From Auanema rhodensis (taxonomy: Eukaryota; Animalia; Nematoda), in the NCBI GenBank assembly GCA_964057225.1, contig OZ059894.1:10044001-10108000 (forward strand): 64,000 nucleotides of DNA. The letters run 5' to 3'. The notes under the pieces were generated by a model, which was given only the letters and a program-made list of their open reading frames with translations, searched no databases and was not told where the DNA came from. Below, one piece after another: positions 50,620 through 63,600 of the stretch. The first letter of the stretch is position 1, and every line of letters begins with the position of its first letter. The translations under genes and the position numbers were made by a program.

Positions 50620-53075
50620 TGATAGCAATAAAATCTGAAATTATATAAATATAATGAAAATATATATAATAAACTTAAAAAATATAAGATTAATATGCTG
50701 AAAATAGAAAAATATTTGGAAAAAAGAAAGAAAGAAATAAAGAAAACATTCAAAAATCATATGTATATAGAAAAGTTTTAAAAGAAATAATACATTAGAG
50801 GATTTTTGATTTTTGAAATATTCGGAAGAGAAACGGTGTACGTCATCTATCTTTAGGTCATAGAAGGTACTACTACAATTTAACTGTTGCTCTATGCACA
50901 CGAATAATGATGACAAGCGAAATTCTGATGTGAAATGGTTTTTGAGACATTGAGAGAGAAAGATAGAGAGAGAGAGAAAGGGAGAGAGAGAGAAATAGAT
51001 CAGTCGTTGGGTGTTCAGTTCAAACATATAAAAGAATGAATGATTCAGATGAAATAACAATCTGGAAAACAAATGTGGGAGGTTGATAAAAGATGATATT
51101 TAAGGAAAAAATTAGATGAAATGGTATATCTTTATAAGCAATTATATATAAATGAATATCTCTATATTTCCTGATGAGGAAGAAAAAAGAAAGGAAAAGC
51201 ATATATCAAGAAGGTAATTGAAAAAGAGAGAGAGAGAGAAAGAGAAAGAGAGAGAGAAAATGTTGTTGTTATATGACAATACCTAAGTTAGTTATAGTTA
51301 ACAAATAACTATAAAATGATATTTGATCATATATACTATTCAATAAATTGTCTGAAGATTGAAAACATAGAGCATTATATGAGACGACATAACACAATCC
51401 ACTTATATCTTTAGCGAATATGTCCACAAAAACATATTTATTTGGAAATGTAAATCAAAAAACAAATGAATAGTTAAACTATTTATAATCATCAACTTGT
51501 TTTCAACTTTAATGTTCTTCTAATACGTTGGATTTTATTTTTAAATCTTAAAATAATCCATGGTATGCTGATATGAAGAACTGTGAACCCTTCTTCTAGC
51601 ATCGTCAAAATGATCTATTTTATGTTTTGTACTTGAAGTAAAGCTAAAGATATATATTTAAGAGAAAAGTTGAAAAAGAAGGAGAAATAGCAATGAGAAA
51701 TGATTTCTTTTTCCCAAAAAAATAATAAAAATACAATAAAAAATTGTCTTTGCTTGCTCAATGTGTACATGAGCATGCCTGACTGAAACCCCTCGTCGTC
51801 CAAGCCATGGTCGTGGGTGAGAATAAAGCAGAAGCTAAACGACGTAACATCAATTAAGTCTTCGTAAAACATCTTGAGTTTGAAATTAGATGAGAAACAA
51901 GATGTTTGGATCTATCATACTGTTACCTCTTTGCCATTTTTTTTGAACAAAAAACAAATAAACAAACAGATTTTCATTTTGTTTTTCTTCAGTCAATTCG
52001 TAGATGGACACATAAAAATTTGAGACAAATGGCAGTAGAAAGAAAGACGATCAGAATCTTTGGTCCAAGAAGGATTTTGACTGTTTTTTGATGAATTCCA
52101 ACCTTCTAAAGTGGAAGTAGAGTAGAAAAGAAGGATAGAGACAAGCAAAAGATGGAACAAGAGATTGAAAAAAGGGGAATATGAATGAAGGAGGGCATGT
52201 ATGTCTCTATGTATATTGCTTTCAATTCTTTTTTTTTGTTTTTCAGAAAATGTTTCAGAAAATCAAAAAAAAATATGAATATGATGAAAATTGGTAGATG
52301 AAGAAGAAGAAGAAGAAAAGGAAGAAAAGAAGAAGAAGAAGAGGAGGAGGACGAAGAAGCAAGACAAGGTTATGATTCATGTACCATGATATTACTATAT
52401 ATGCATAGTATATAATATATATTCAAAATTATAGTTATTATATGAAAATTCATATAAATTACTTATATCTCTTTGTATATGTGACTATTAAATCTTTTGT
52501 AAATTGGTGTTGAGTTAAGGAATAGAATATGAATGACCAGAGGCTTGTTATTGAAACTGAAATTGCCGGAAGATTTAAGTTGTCAAACAAAGGTCAACAT
52601 TCAAAAAGAAGAATTTGTTAGATAAAGATGGATAGAGAGAAAGAGAGGGAAAAAGAAAGATAGAGAGAGAGAGAGAAAGAAAGAGAAAGAGAAGCATTTA
52701 TAAGAAAGACTGAGTACTAAATACTTGTATGGCTAAGAAGAAAGCCGTTCGTCTTGATGGATCAACTGGCCACGAAAACGAAGAAGACGTTGTGGCCATC
52801 TTCTCCGTATATACATATACATGCATGAATGAATAGAAACTGAAGTGATACGGTAAAAAATAATTTTCAAATGAATTTTCAGAAGAAAAAATTTGTCGGA
52901 AGGTTGCATTAAGGACAGCCGTTCATCATAAAGCTTGAATTTGAAATGAATGAGAGAGATGTACTTGATGTCCTTTCACGTGTATATAAGTAAATGAAAA
53001 TCAAATATTTGGAAAGATTACAGTAAATATTAAAAAAAAAATATTTTTTTTTCAAATAGAGTTTGTGTGGATGGA

Positions 53076-53097
53076 TCTCTCCCTCTCTCCCTCCTCT

Positions 53098-53143
<46 letters not shown>

Positions 53144-54184
53144 TTGTATTAGTATGAAGCTTCATAACTCAATATCTTCAAAAAATAAGAAGAATCATCA
53201 AGTTTATTTTGAATAACATTGAATATATTGGGAAGCATTAGCTGAGGGCTATGCTCATCATCATCAAATGTCTTTGTCTTAATATTTGAAGAAGATAATT
53301 TCTATTTTCTATATAATTTTTCAAATATATTACTTATACGATCTAGTTAAGACCATTTTCCATCAAAAAAAAAAGAAAATATTCAAAAATATATATAAAT
53401 ATTTCTTTAATTATATGTATTGATATGATATCATATAGATATATGTAGGTGAAAAAGGTTTTGTTGGATAAAAAGCTGAACAATGAGGGCGGCCGGGTGG
53501 AGGTGGGATATGAGAGAAACATAATGCGATGATGAAGTATTACAAAAGCTTAATCTCGACGATAACAGGAAATGAAGTAGATAATGAGTTTGACTTCCAA
53601 TGTCACAAAAGCTGCTCCATCGATAATAATAATAATAATAATAAGGATAAAGGGAAATGAGGGGGAGAGAGAGAGAGAGAGAAGGAGAGAGAGAGAGAGA
53701 TGTGAGCACTACCGAATAGGTGAAAGAGAGAAAAGTTAAGTAAAGTTAAATATACGTATAATAACTAACAAATTAACTATTTTACTTGAATTTTCATAAT
53801 TTTTAGATTTTTCTGATATAAAACAGTATTTTATTTTTATATTTATTAGTAAGATGGAACATAAATATTTCAATAATTATTGAATTTTTTTTCTTTTTGA
53901 ATATATTTTATAAGAAATATTATAATTTTAATTATATAATCTTTGAAAAAAATTATAAAATATAAAACTTACCTTTCTCTCTCTCTCTCTCTCTCTCTGA
54001 AAGATTATCTTAATTTTACTCTCAACAATACAAAATATAAAAAGATAAAAAGATCAAAAATAGCAAAGAGAGGTTGACTGAAATCCCTGACCTCATCCAA
54101 AAAAAATTTAAAAATTCATTGAAAAAGCAATAGAGTAACATGATCAATCGTTTCAATTAATATAGTATTGGTGACTGATAAATA

Positions 54185-54256
<72 letters not shown>

Positions 54257-54658
54257 ACTCACTCTTTCTGTCTCTCTCTATATATTGCAGAGAAAAAAAA
54301 GATAAATTCCGAATCGAATGATTGAATAAATAGTTTTTGTGGTTGATTTTTCAAACTTTGAATCGTTTTTTGGCCATAAATAACATAAATATTGTATTAA
54401 ATAATAGAAATTGTCGTTGATAAACATTTATAAAATAATTGTATTAGGCAGTATTTTTTTGTTTTATTTAAGAAACAAAAATCATAGACAATGTATGTTT
54501 TAAAACAAAAAAAGCTATTATTGGTTACACGGCTGAGCAACATCTGTCTGGAAACAGCTATATGTGCGTATAGACGATCTCAGGTTTTATGTATATCAAT
54601 GTATTTTTCAACGAAAATAAAATATGAAATTTAAAAATTTAACAAATTAAATATTCTT

Positions 54659-54700
<42 letters not shown>

Positions 54701-56400
54701 TTCTCTTTTTTCAAGGATTCTTTTCAAGTCCTTATATTGGCTCACAGATTTAAGATCAAGAGATGTAGCACACTTGATGTTGTTGCTCAGTTAGTTCAAG
54801 TTGAGAGCAAGACAGGGCCGTTCAACTTTCTTCGTGAGCTAGTTGTGAACTGAAGTTGTATGTGACACAACTAATGGAATGTGTGTGAACTCAAACATAA
54901 GATGGGAGGAGCTTATCGTAATGATGATTGAGATGGTGGTGATTGCGGGGATCAGATGGTCTTATCTGGTAAAGCAATTTGATGAATTTGAATGAAGTGA
55001 ATTCATGAATGATTACGTCAGCATGTCTGAATGCTGTTAAAGTATAGATGAAATGACCATTCAGCTACAACTTTCGTTATGAAAAGGCACATCTGGCTTA
55101 AACGTTTAGAAGAGATTTTCAAATTTGGTTATTTCAAATGTTTATGAGAGATTTTATGAGTTCGAAATGAATGAACTAAGTTAAAGACATGTGATGACAA
55201 TTCATTTACGAATATGTTAGTGATGGTAAAAGTATGATAGAAACTGCTTAAAAAGGTTTTACAAAGGGATATCTAACAAGAAAGAGAGAGAGAGAGACAG
55301 AGAGAGACTGGAGAAACAGAAAGAGAGATGTGATGGGAGAGAATGGAAGCGAAGGGTAAAGAAAGAAGGAAATAAAGGGAAAAGCAAAATATGAGTTTAG
55401 CCTGAGGCTAGTAGAAGGCGGAAGATTGACAATTTTACAGAGAATAGGGAAGTTTTTCCTATAGTTAGGGTCATGAAAAAAGAAAGAAAACTGCTTTTGG
55501 CACATAAAGAAATGGATTTTGAATGAAACTTTTTGAACTAAGCTTAAAAGGCCAATCATATAATGTATTTAATGATGTAAAACAAGGCATACTTGATTCA
55601 TTTAATCGTAAGTTCAAAAATATAAAAAACCACCAAAATCGGATTAGGTAATCTGTGACTGAACGTCGCTCGTAAAATCACTTAGTTGATGTTCAAGTTG
55701 GAAGATCAAGTTTTAATAACAAAAAAAGGAGTTAAAACATTGAAGTATTATAGAAGAGTTACCGTAATATTTCGTAGTATTTCGTTTTGTTTAAAGGTTT
55801 TTTTCCTTTTTATTTTCTGATAAATTGAATTGATACTTGGTAATAGAGGGATGGATTGGTAAGAAATAACAAGAAATTTAAGAAAACAGATTGAAAAAAA
55901 AATGAAACAAATAGATCTCACATTGAAGATAAAAACTAGCTTCTTTGTGATAATTTCGTTTCTGTTTATCTGGCAGTCATTAAATTTATATTGAAAGAAA
56001 TAAAAGAAAATAAGTTGTTTCTGTAAGTATAAATCACAATACAAATGTTTATTTGAAAAAAAAATATAGTATAAAGTATAATATTATAGTTAAATAGGTA
56101 GATAGATTGATAGTTAGTTAAGCTGATTACAATAATGGTACTGTGATGAGAAGAAGCATATGTTTCAGTTTTGATTTTATAAGTTCAAATACATAAAAAA
56201 AGATTTAAAAAGATTTGTTTTTACGAAAATAACATTGGAGGAGACGATCACTACTGCTGAGGGGGAAGGCGTAACATAAAAAAAGAAAAGCAACTTGACA
56301 TACCAACTAAACAATAAATGTTCTTAAACAAACTTTGTTGAAAGCATATCTCTTGGTCATTTATCTGGGGATAGAAAAATGAATGAAATAAGAAGAAAAC

Positions 56401-56435
<35 letters not shown>

Positions 56436-56595
56436 CCGGGAATTATTAAAGAAACTAATTTTGTTTCTTTATCTTTAATTTCTTCTGAATATCTCATTGT
56501 ATGCCATTGAATTGTTTCAATTTTTGTGAGATTTTTCAATACCTTATCTCTCTCATAACCTCATTCCACATTCATTACACAGACAGAGAGACTTT

Positions 56596-56651
<56 letters not shown>

Positions 56652-57190
56652 GTAAAGGGAGAATAGTGGTGATAAGAGATTTGAAGTGATATCTTCATTA
56701 CAACTCAAAGTATGCTTTAAGTCTTCACAATTAATTATAAGAAATGCCATGAAATTGACAGTTAGATATCTGATTCTTGATCAAAAGATATAACAAATTT
56801 CATTTTTGATTTACTTAATATTATTATTTCAAATATTTTAAACTTATAACCTATATTCAAACTCTGATTTATTTGTTTTTTTTTTAATAAAAATAAGATT
56901 TGAATACAATCACTAAACTGAACTATTATAAGTTCCTATTTGTCCCTAACTCTCAGATCTTTCTCTCCCTCTTTCTTCATATTTCTTCATCTTTTTCTCT
57001 TTGACATGTTTTTCCATATCTTCCTTTTTTTCTAAGGACAATCTTTCTTAATAATTATTTTAAAGTTGTACTGTAATTTGTGGAGTGCAAATAATATGCA
57101 TCGTTTGTCTAAACAATTTCCCATATTTATCTTTTTTGAAATTAAAATATATTTCTAAAAATTATATTTTGTTATTCATGTCCTCTTCTC

Positions 57191-57237
<47 letters not shown>
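53076..57237. repeat. Field of alternating (CT)n and (GA)n microsatellites
   Basis: (CT)n at 53076-53140, 53977-53998, 54191-54278, 54661-54705 and 57187-57237; (GA)n at 53665-53700, 55283-55307, 56401-56435 and 56600-56648. Confidence 0.9.
53973..53996 (-). other. Candidate 24-nt 5' microexon (AG)10AAAG of the orphan GPCR
   Basis: Minus strand reads TTTCAG|AGAGAGAGAGAGAGAGAGAGAAAG|GTAAGT, a consensus acceptor and a consensus donor. The next good acceptor before a gene start is TTTCAG at 50640-50635, 15 nt before the GPCR ATG. Confidence 0.45.
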
Positions 57238-60200
57238 ATATACCGTATATTCTCTGTTAATATTAAAATTTCATCTCCAACCGCTCTATTACTTTGTTAT
57301 TTTTAAAATAAAATAAAAAAAAAAAACTCAAAATGAATAAATTAACTGGAAGATATACACGTGTACGTGAAAATCGTCACGTGTATACATACGTACGTGA
57401 TTCATTTGCATATATAGCAGGTGTTAAACAATGGCTTCAAAATCCAATTTAAATATTTAAAATATGAAGAAAAGCAAAAAGCAATTCCTCAATTTAATTT
57501 CTAAATTTAGAAATTGAATAGAAGAAAAATGTTTTTTTTACTCAAAATCATAGTATCTGTACGTATTAGTACAACAACAACATGTATCAGAACATCGGAA
57601 AACGTTTTTGTTGTTGATATGATTGATTACATATAGTTAAAACATGCAACATATAGTTAAAAATGTAAAAAATAGAAAAGTTGAACTGAATAAATCTTCC
57701 AAAATCTTAACTCATAAACAATGTATTCTATTTCCTTGAAAGAAGAAAAAAAAAGAAAAAAAGAAAAAGAAGAGTAATGAAATCAACATCAGTGTGAATC
57801 TGGGATAGACATGCATTGTGGGTATTTGAATGTTTGGAAAGATAATCTATGAAGTACAGCTAAGACAATGAGAAAATGAAAAGACGAGCCTAAACAGCGA
57901 GTGAAAAATTTAATTTCAAATCAGATGGAAAAGCTTAAAAACCAAAATAATCTCATCAGAACTATTAAAATTCAATCCGGCCAGCACACCATTAGTACAA
58001 ATCCAGCACCGCCATCTGCTATTTCTTCTCACAAAATTCAACACAAATGAAGGACAAAGGCATAAGCACAATGTATATATGTATAAGCTAAGCACGATGA
58101 AATTCAGTTTTTTTTGTGGCTTCGATGGTACTGAAAGGTCGGCTGATTGGTGTGTTGGTTGGTTGACTGCTTAAGAGCAAAAGCAAGAGCACAAAACGCG
58201 GAGGGTGGGGGGAGATAGTGAGGAACCTTGAGGAATTAGAATCAATATCTCTTTGGAGAAATCCTTCATTCACATCTATAATCAAAAAATGGAGAAAAAG
58301 ATTTATTATAAGAAGACGAGCCTAACGAATTTCTGGTATCCCTGATACAAATCTAGGCATTGATCATCAAGCTTCATCAAAGATATGCTAAGTTTCTTGT
58401 TTCCGGATTTGATTACAGTCTCAATGTCTTTGCATTCAAACTAAATTATTGCAAAAAAAAGTTTTCCCCCGCAAACGAGTGACGAACGAGCCAACACAAA
58501 TAGAATCTGTGAAAGGAAATTCTTGTGATTTTTGTGATTTCATGAACATAATGTGATGTAGTTCGTAAAGATTCACAAACTATAGCAAACTAAGAGAGAA
58601 AACTTATTTGGAAAGTACTTTAGTATCTAGGGAAAAGAGGTTTTAAAACGAATGAATGTAGAAGAAAGTTGTTTAAGTGGAAAGATCAGATTAGAAGAGC
58701 TGACGATTACGTGTATATATATAATCTCTTATAAACGTAAGAAAAAGAAGAAGAAGAAGAAGAAGAAGAAGGAGAAGAAAAATGAATTATTTGAAATGTA
58801 AAAATAAAGATTTTCAAATATTAAACTGAATAAATGAGGTAAACAATGAAATGAGGAAGAATTTATATGTTGAAGAATGTGTGTGTGTGTGTTTATTGCC
58901 CCAAAATATGTATGAAATTGATGATAATATGTGGAGAAGTTTTCATAGAAAAATCATTCAATTTGAATAAAAAAAAAACTTTTCAGAAACAAATGTTAAA
59001 GATAATAGTTAATAATGATATAATACGTAATATTAATCATATAATATGTAAATATCATGTGATATACAATCATATATTCATACAAAATGTTTGTTATTAT
59101 TTAATTTTTATTGATCTATAACGTATGAACATATGAATGAATAAGATATAAAGATTATTATTGTTAAGAAATATTATAAATTTCTTCTTAAAATTAATTA
59201 TAATGTTTAGTTATAGTATATATTACTATTATACACATATTCAGGTACGTGACTTCAACATCTCAAACGGCTTTTGTACCCTGGCACTGCGTTTATGATT
59301 TCACTCAATTTCACTTCAATTTTTCAAATAATTTTAGATTTAATCTAAATATATATGTAGCATGATTATCTAATATATTATATTTAAAATAATAGCTCAT
59401 ATAATTATAGATGTACATACATTAATGCATAGTAAAGTTATATTATAAGAATAAATTAAAATCAGAAAACAGGACAGATCAAAATTCATTGAGAAATTGA
59501 CGAAAATATGTCAAATCAAACTACTAGTCTTACCATAACATCTATAAAATTACTTAAAGCAAATTGTTTCTCTGTGAATGAGGATGGAAAGGGGCATTTC
59601 CTATTAACAGCCAAGATAACGTGAAATAGCTTTGTTTCTCGATGCGGAAATTCAAAAACGAATTTGTGTGTGGTGAGATGTTACTCAGACGAAAAAGTGA
59701 TAAAACATGAATAATAAGAAAGAAAGACTATTCAAATAAAACTTATATATATATCTATATCTTTATGTATATTATATACAATAACTATAGGCATGTATGG
59801 GTTATAAACAAATGAAAAATAAGATTACGGTAGCTATGTATATGTGTAGTTTAAAAGTTTAAATATAATATTTATATTATTAAATGTTTATTAATAGAAT
59901 ATAATGTACTATATATATATATAGTTTAAGCTTAATATTCTTTCATCTTTTTTTTTTAATATTTATTGGTATTGGATGAAAAGTTTTGAGAAGCAGAATA
60001 GAAAAAAGAAAATAGTTTAACCAATTTATAAACTTCGACTATCAAGTATGCACTGACAGTCAATGAAACAATTGTAGTTCATTGATGAAACTAATTTCCG
60101 GCTTTTAACGATAATGGAAATTGAGAAAGGAATTGAGATTGAGTAGAAGATTTTTAAAAATTGTCTTCCTTAACCCACTCATTTTGCGTCACATATGTAT

Positions 60201-60636
60201 GACAGTCATCTGATATCATCAGATTTGAAATATCAACCGCATTGTACGTACTTCAAAAGTAAAATGAAATTGGTTTTTACGTGAGTATTAGCATAAATTA
60301 TGGAAAAGATGATTATCTTACACGTGAACGTGAAGAAAGAATACACGGAATAGTTAATGAAATAAGACACTATATTCATTATAATTTTAAGAAAAAAAAA
60401 GAAAAAATGAACAAAGAGGAAATAAAAAAAGAAAAAGTCAAAGTAATCTTTGCAATGCATTATAAACATTGTATTCCAAAAAAAGAATGTTGTACAAGTA
60501 AATAAAGAAACGTTTTCCCTAATTAGCTTGAATTCTGATCTTCGAATCTTGGAGCAATGGGTCATCAGAACTATGAATGTTCAAGAATGACGTTTCAGAT
60601 GATTATAGAAATGACGTTGTGAAAGCTTTTGTAGTA

Positions 60637-60679
60637 TGATGATGATGATGATGATGATGCTGATTATGCTGATGATGAT
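60637..60679. repeat. (GAT)n microsatellite
   Basis: Directly visible. Confidence 0.85.
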
Positions 60680-63600
60680 AAAGAAATAATACTATTCAAT
60701 ATACATATCATTCATGAATTATGAAATAATTTTCATAACATATAATATTATATTATATTAACTTTGAATAGCATAATTAGTTAATATGAAACATGTTAGC
60801 GGTGGCTAGCAACTTGCAATTGAATTTCAATAAGCTGTATAACAACAAACGTGATGAGGTTACGTCACTCACGACGTGCAAGCTGAAACGGGTCAGTTGG
60901 ACGATATGATTTCTGATGGAACACGACGTTCAAATTCAATATGAGTTCAAAAGTGATCTTGTTGAGCATGCATCTAGTACTAAATAATTTTGATTAAAGA
61001 AAGAGGTGACGTTAGCTTTCTGAAGACAACGCGTTAACATCACATCGGAAGCCGATGATGTTTTATAAGATCTTTTTGAATGACAATTGAACTATTTGAG
61101 ATATTGAACAGACTAATTTTATAAAGAAAAAAAAGAGAAAAGGAACTTCAATAAATTCTGCAAAAGATGTGACATACAGAGACATCAGGTTACAACTAAT
61201 ATATAAAGTGTTTGAACTAATTTTACTTTTGTTAAACATGTGTTGTAAGCTATCTGTCGATCATTTCTTCATCTGAGGTCTTCTATTCAATAGCAATATA
61301 CCGAGTGCAGATGTTTTCTTTAATCTTTCTTTTTTAAAAACTACTTTCAATCTTAAAATTTTGTTAATTTCTATTGAAATCGAAGAAGAGAAAAAGGAAT
61401 GGCAAAGTACTTCGAAAAGAGAATGAGCGTAATATTGCTTGCTAATAATAGTTTTGAAAGCTTGAAATGAAAAGAGAAAAGTTATAGGCATGTATATCAT
61501 AAGTAAAAAAAACTGAAAGCGTTATTTAAATAAAGGAAGAAAGAAGCTTTTATTTTAAATTTACGATTCTCTTTGTCTCCCTCTCTAGTTCTCTTTCTCT
61601 TGCCACTATTTTTCGCCAGCTCTCTATATCTTGGCATTCCCACTCTTCTCCGATTTTCACCAACGGCAACAAACTTTTTCACAAACAATTTAGTTTCCTT
61701 AATTGGAAATCAGTAAGATTAAAATAATTTTTGAGAGACAAAAATATTTTTATTGCACAAAACAGTATTGGCTAAGAATATTAGTCAAATAATATTTCTT
61801 CTGAATACCTTAGTGGCAAAAAACACAAAAATTATGTGAAACAATGAGAAATTCAAATGGTAGGTTTGATGATAATTCAATAGAAACGTTAAATTCGAAC
61901 AGTAATATTAATCATTTTTTGATAAAAACAAAGATTGAATACAGAAAAACATATAAAATTTAGAAAAAATGCTCCAAAACGTAGAAAGTTAACGAGAAAC
62001 CATGCTAATTAACTAGCTTGGAAGAAGAAAAGTCAATTTTCAGTAGCTTAGCTCAACAAGCACATCTGCTTTTCAAGTTTTTCATCTGGCTCCTCCTTCA
62101 GCATCTCCTTCTTCTCTAAACTCTTTGAAATAAGAGCTTTCCTGTTACAAACGAATAAGGATTGTCCGGGAACATCCTCACTTACATGTTTGGTATGCTT
62201 TGTTGATGTCTACACGTCATAGAGTTTGCATATCATAGTTAAGATATCAAGTGAAAAGTATTAATTTATGGAAAAAAGTTATAAAAATCCTCCAACATTA
62301 AATATTTTTCATAATTTAGAGGAAGAAAAAGGAAAAAGAAGCATTGTCCAGGAAATGCTTGCTCAACAGCTTTGCCTGAAAGAATAAATGGCACTAAATC
62401 TCTTTGGCCTTACAGCGAATTTGGATTTTTCAAAAAACAAAGAAATTAAGAAAAATAGATCTTTATCATGCATTAGTAATACTACAGTAATAGTTTGTTA
62501 TTATGAGAATGAATGGACAGAAAAGGAAAATGGGAGACAAATGGATAAGAAGTTTGACGGAGTTGAGTTGAGACTACTTCTTTGGCATGTACTACATACA
62601 TTCATATGAGAAAACAACACATTCTCTTCGTTTGCCCGAAAATTCATCAAGTTTTCAAACAACTTTTTGGACTTTTATTTGACTTTGTTGATGCTGCAAA
62701 CAAAATAGCCAAAAACCTCAGAACTGATCATTGAAAAGCATTTCAATACCGGTAATTGTTTTTTCTTTTTTTTTTTTGCACGTTCAGTCTAATACACATG
62801 ATTCGCATAATTAGATAATCTGTAGTAGTCATTGGTAGTCAAAGTTTGAAGACAACGAAATTTAATGATAAATGAACAGATTAGCTATGAACATCCTGTT
62901 TGAGCATTTCGGGGGTTTGTACCTTATCAAGTAGAATGCTTCCGCGTTAGTGCCAACCTTCATCGTCTGTCTCTCATACGGATCTTCCCAATGAGTCCAT
63001 AATGAAAATGCTCTATGTTATAGAATAGCCAACTTGACATGGCTCAGCAATTAAGTTGAAGTCATTCTGTATCCGGAAAAGGAAGTTCGGTTACTCATCT
63101 TATCCCCCGCAAAGCTTTCTGTTTTTATTACAGAAGGAGCTACTGCGTTGTAATTCCAGAGTTGAAGTGGATGTAGCTCGTTGAAATACTAATTTCCTAG
63201 CAAAAAAAGGAAGGAGAATATATGACACATATCACATATTTATGCACATTTCGTAAATTAAGACATAATTATATATTAACAACAATAATAATCTGATCAA
63301 TTGGTAAGATTTTGATACAATTGATCATTAAGGAATTCTAGGCATCTACAAATGCAGTGAGGTAGTGCAATCCTTAATTCTTTAAGTTTTACTGCCTATG
63401 GATTGAAGCAATGCCTGGGCTCCCAAATTAAATACATATGAGCTTAATCATAGATGCTCTCATTAATAACATAATCTGAGTCTATACAATAACGGTGAGA
63501 GGTTAAACAAGCAGGTAGGTTATGAAAAATGAAAGAGAAAATAAGAATAGGAGTGGGAGGAAGAGGAAGGGAGAGACAGTGGGATAGGGTGTGGGAACAG

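Noticed and set aside
1231-62242. Very frequent ATAGTTA/TAACTAT heptamer
   Set aside because: Rough count is only about twice the composition-based expectation on plus and can be explained by A/G skew; it needs a formal test before any claim.
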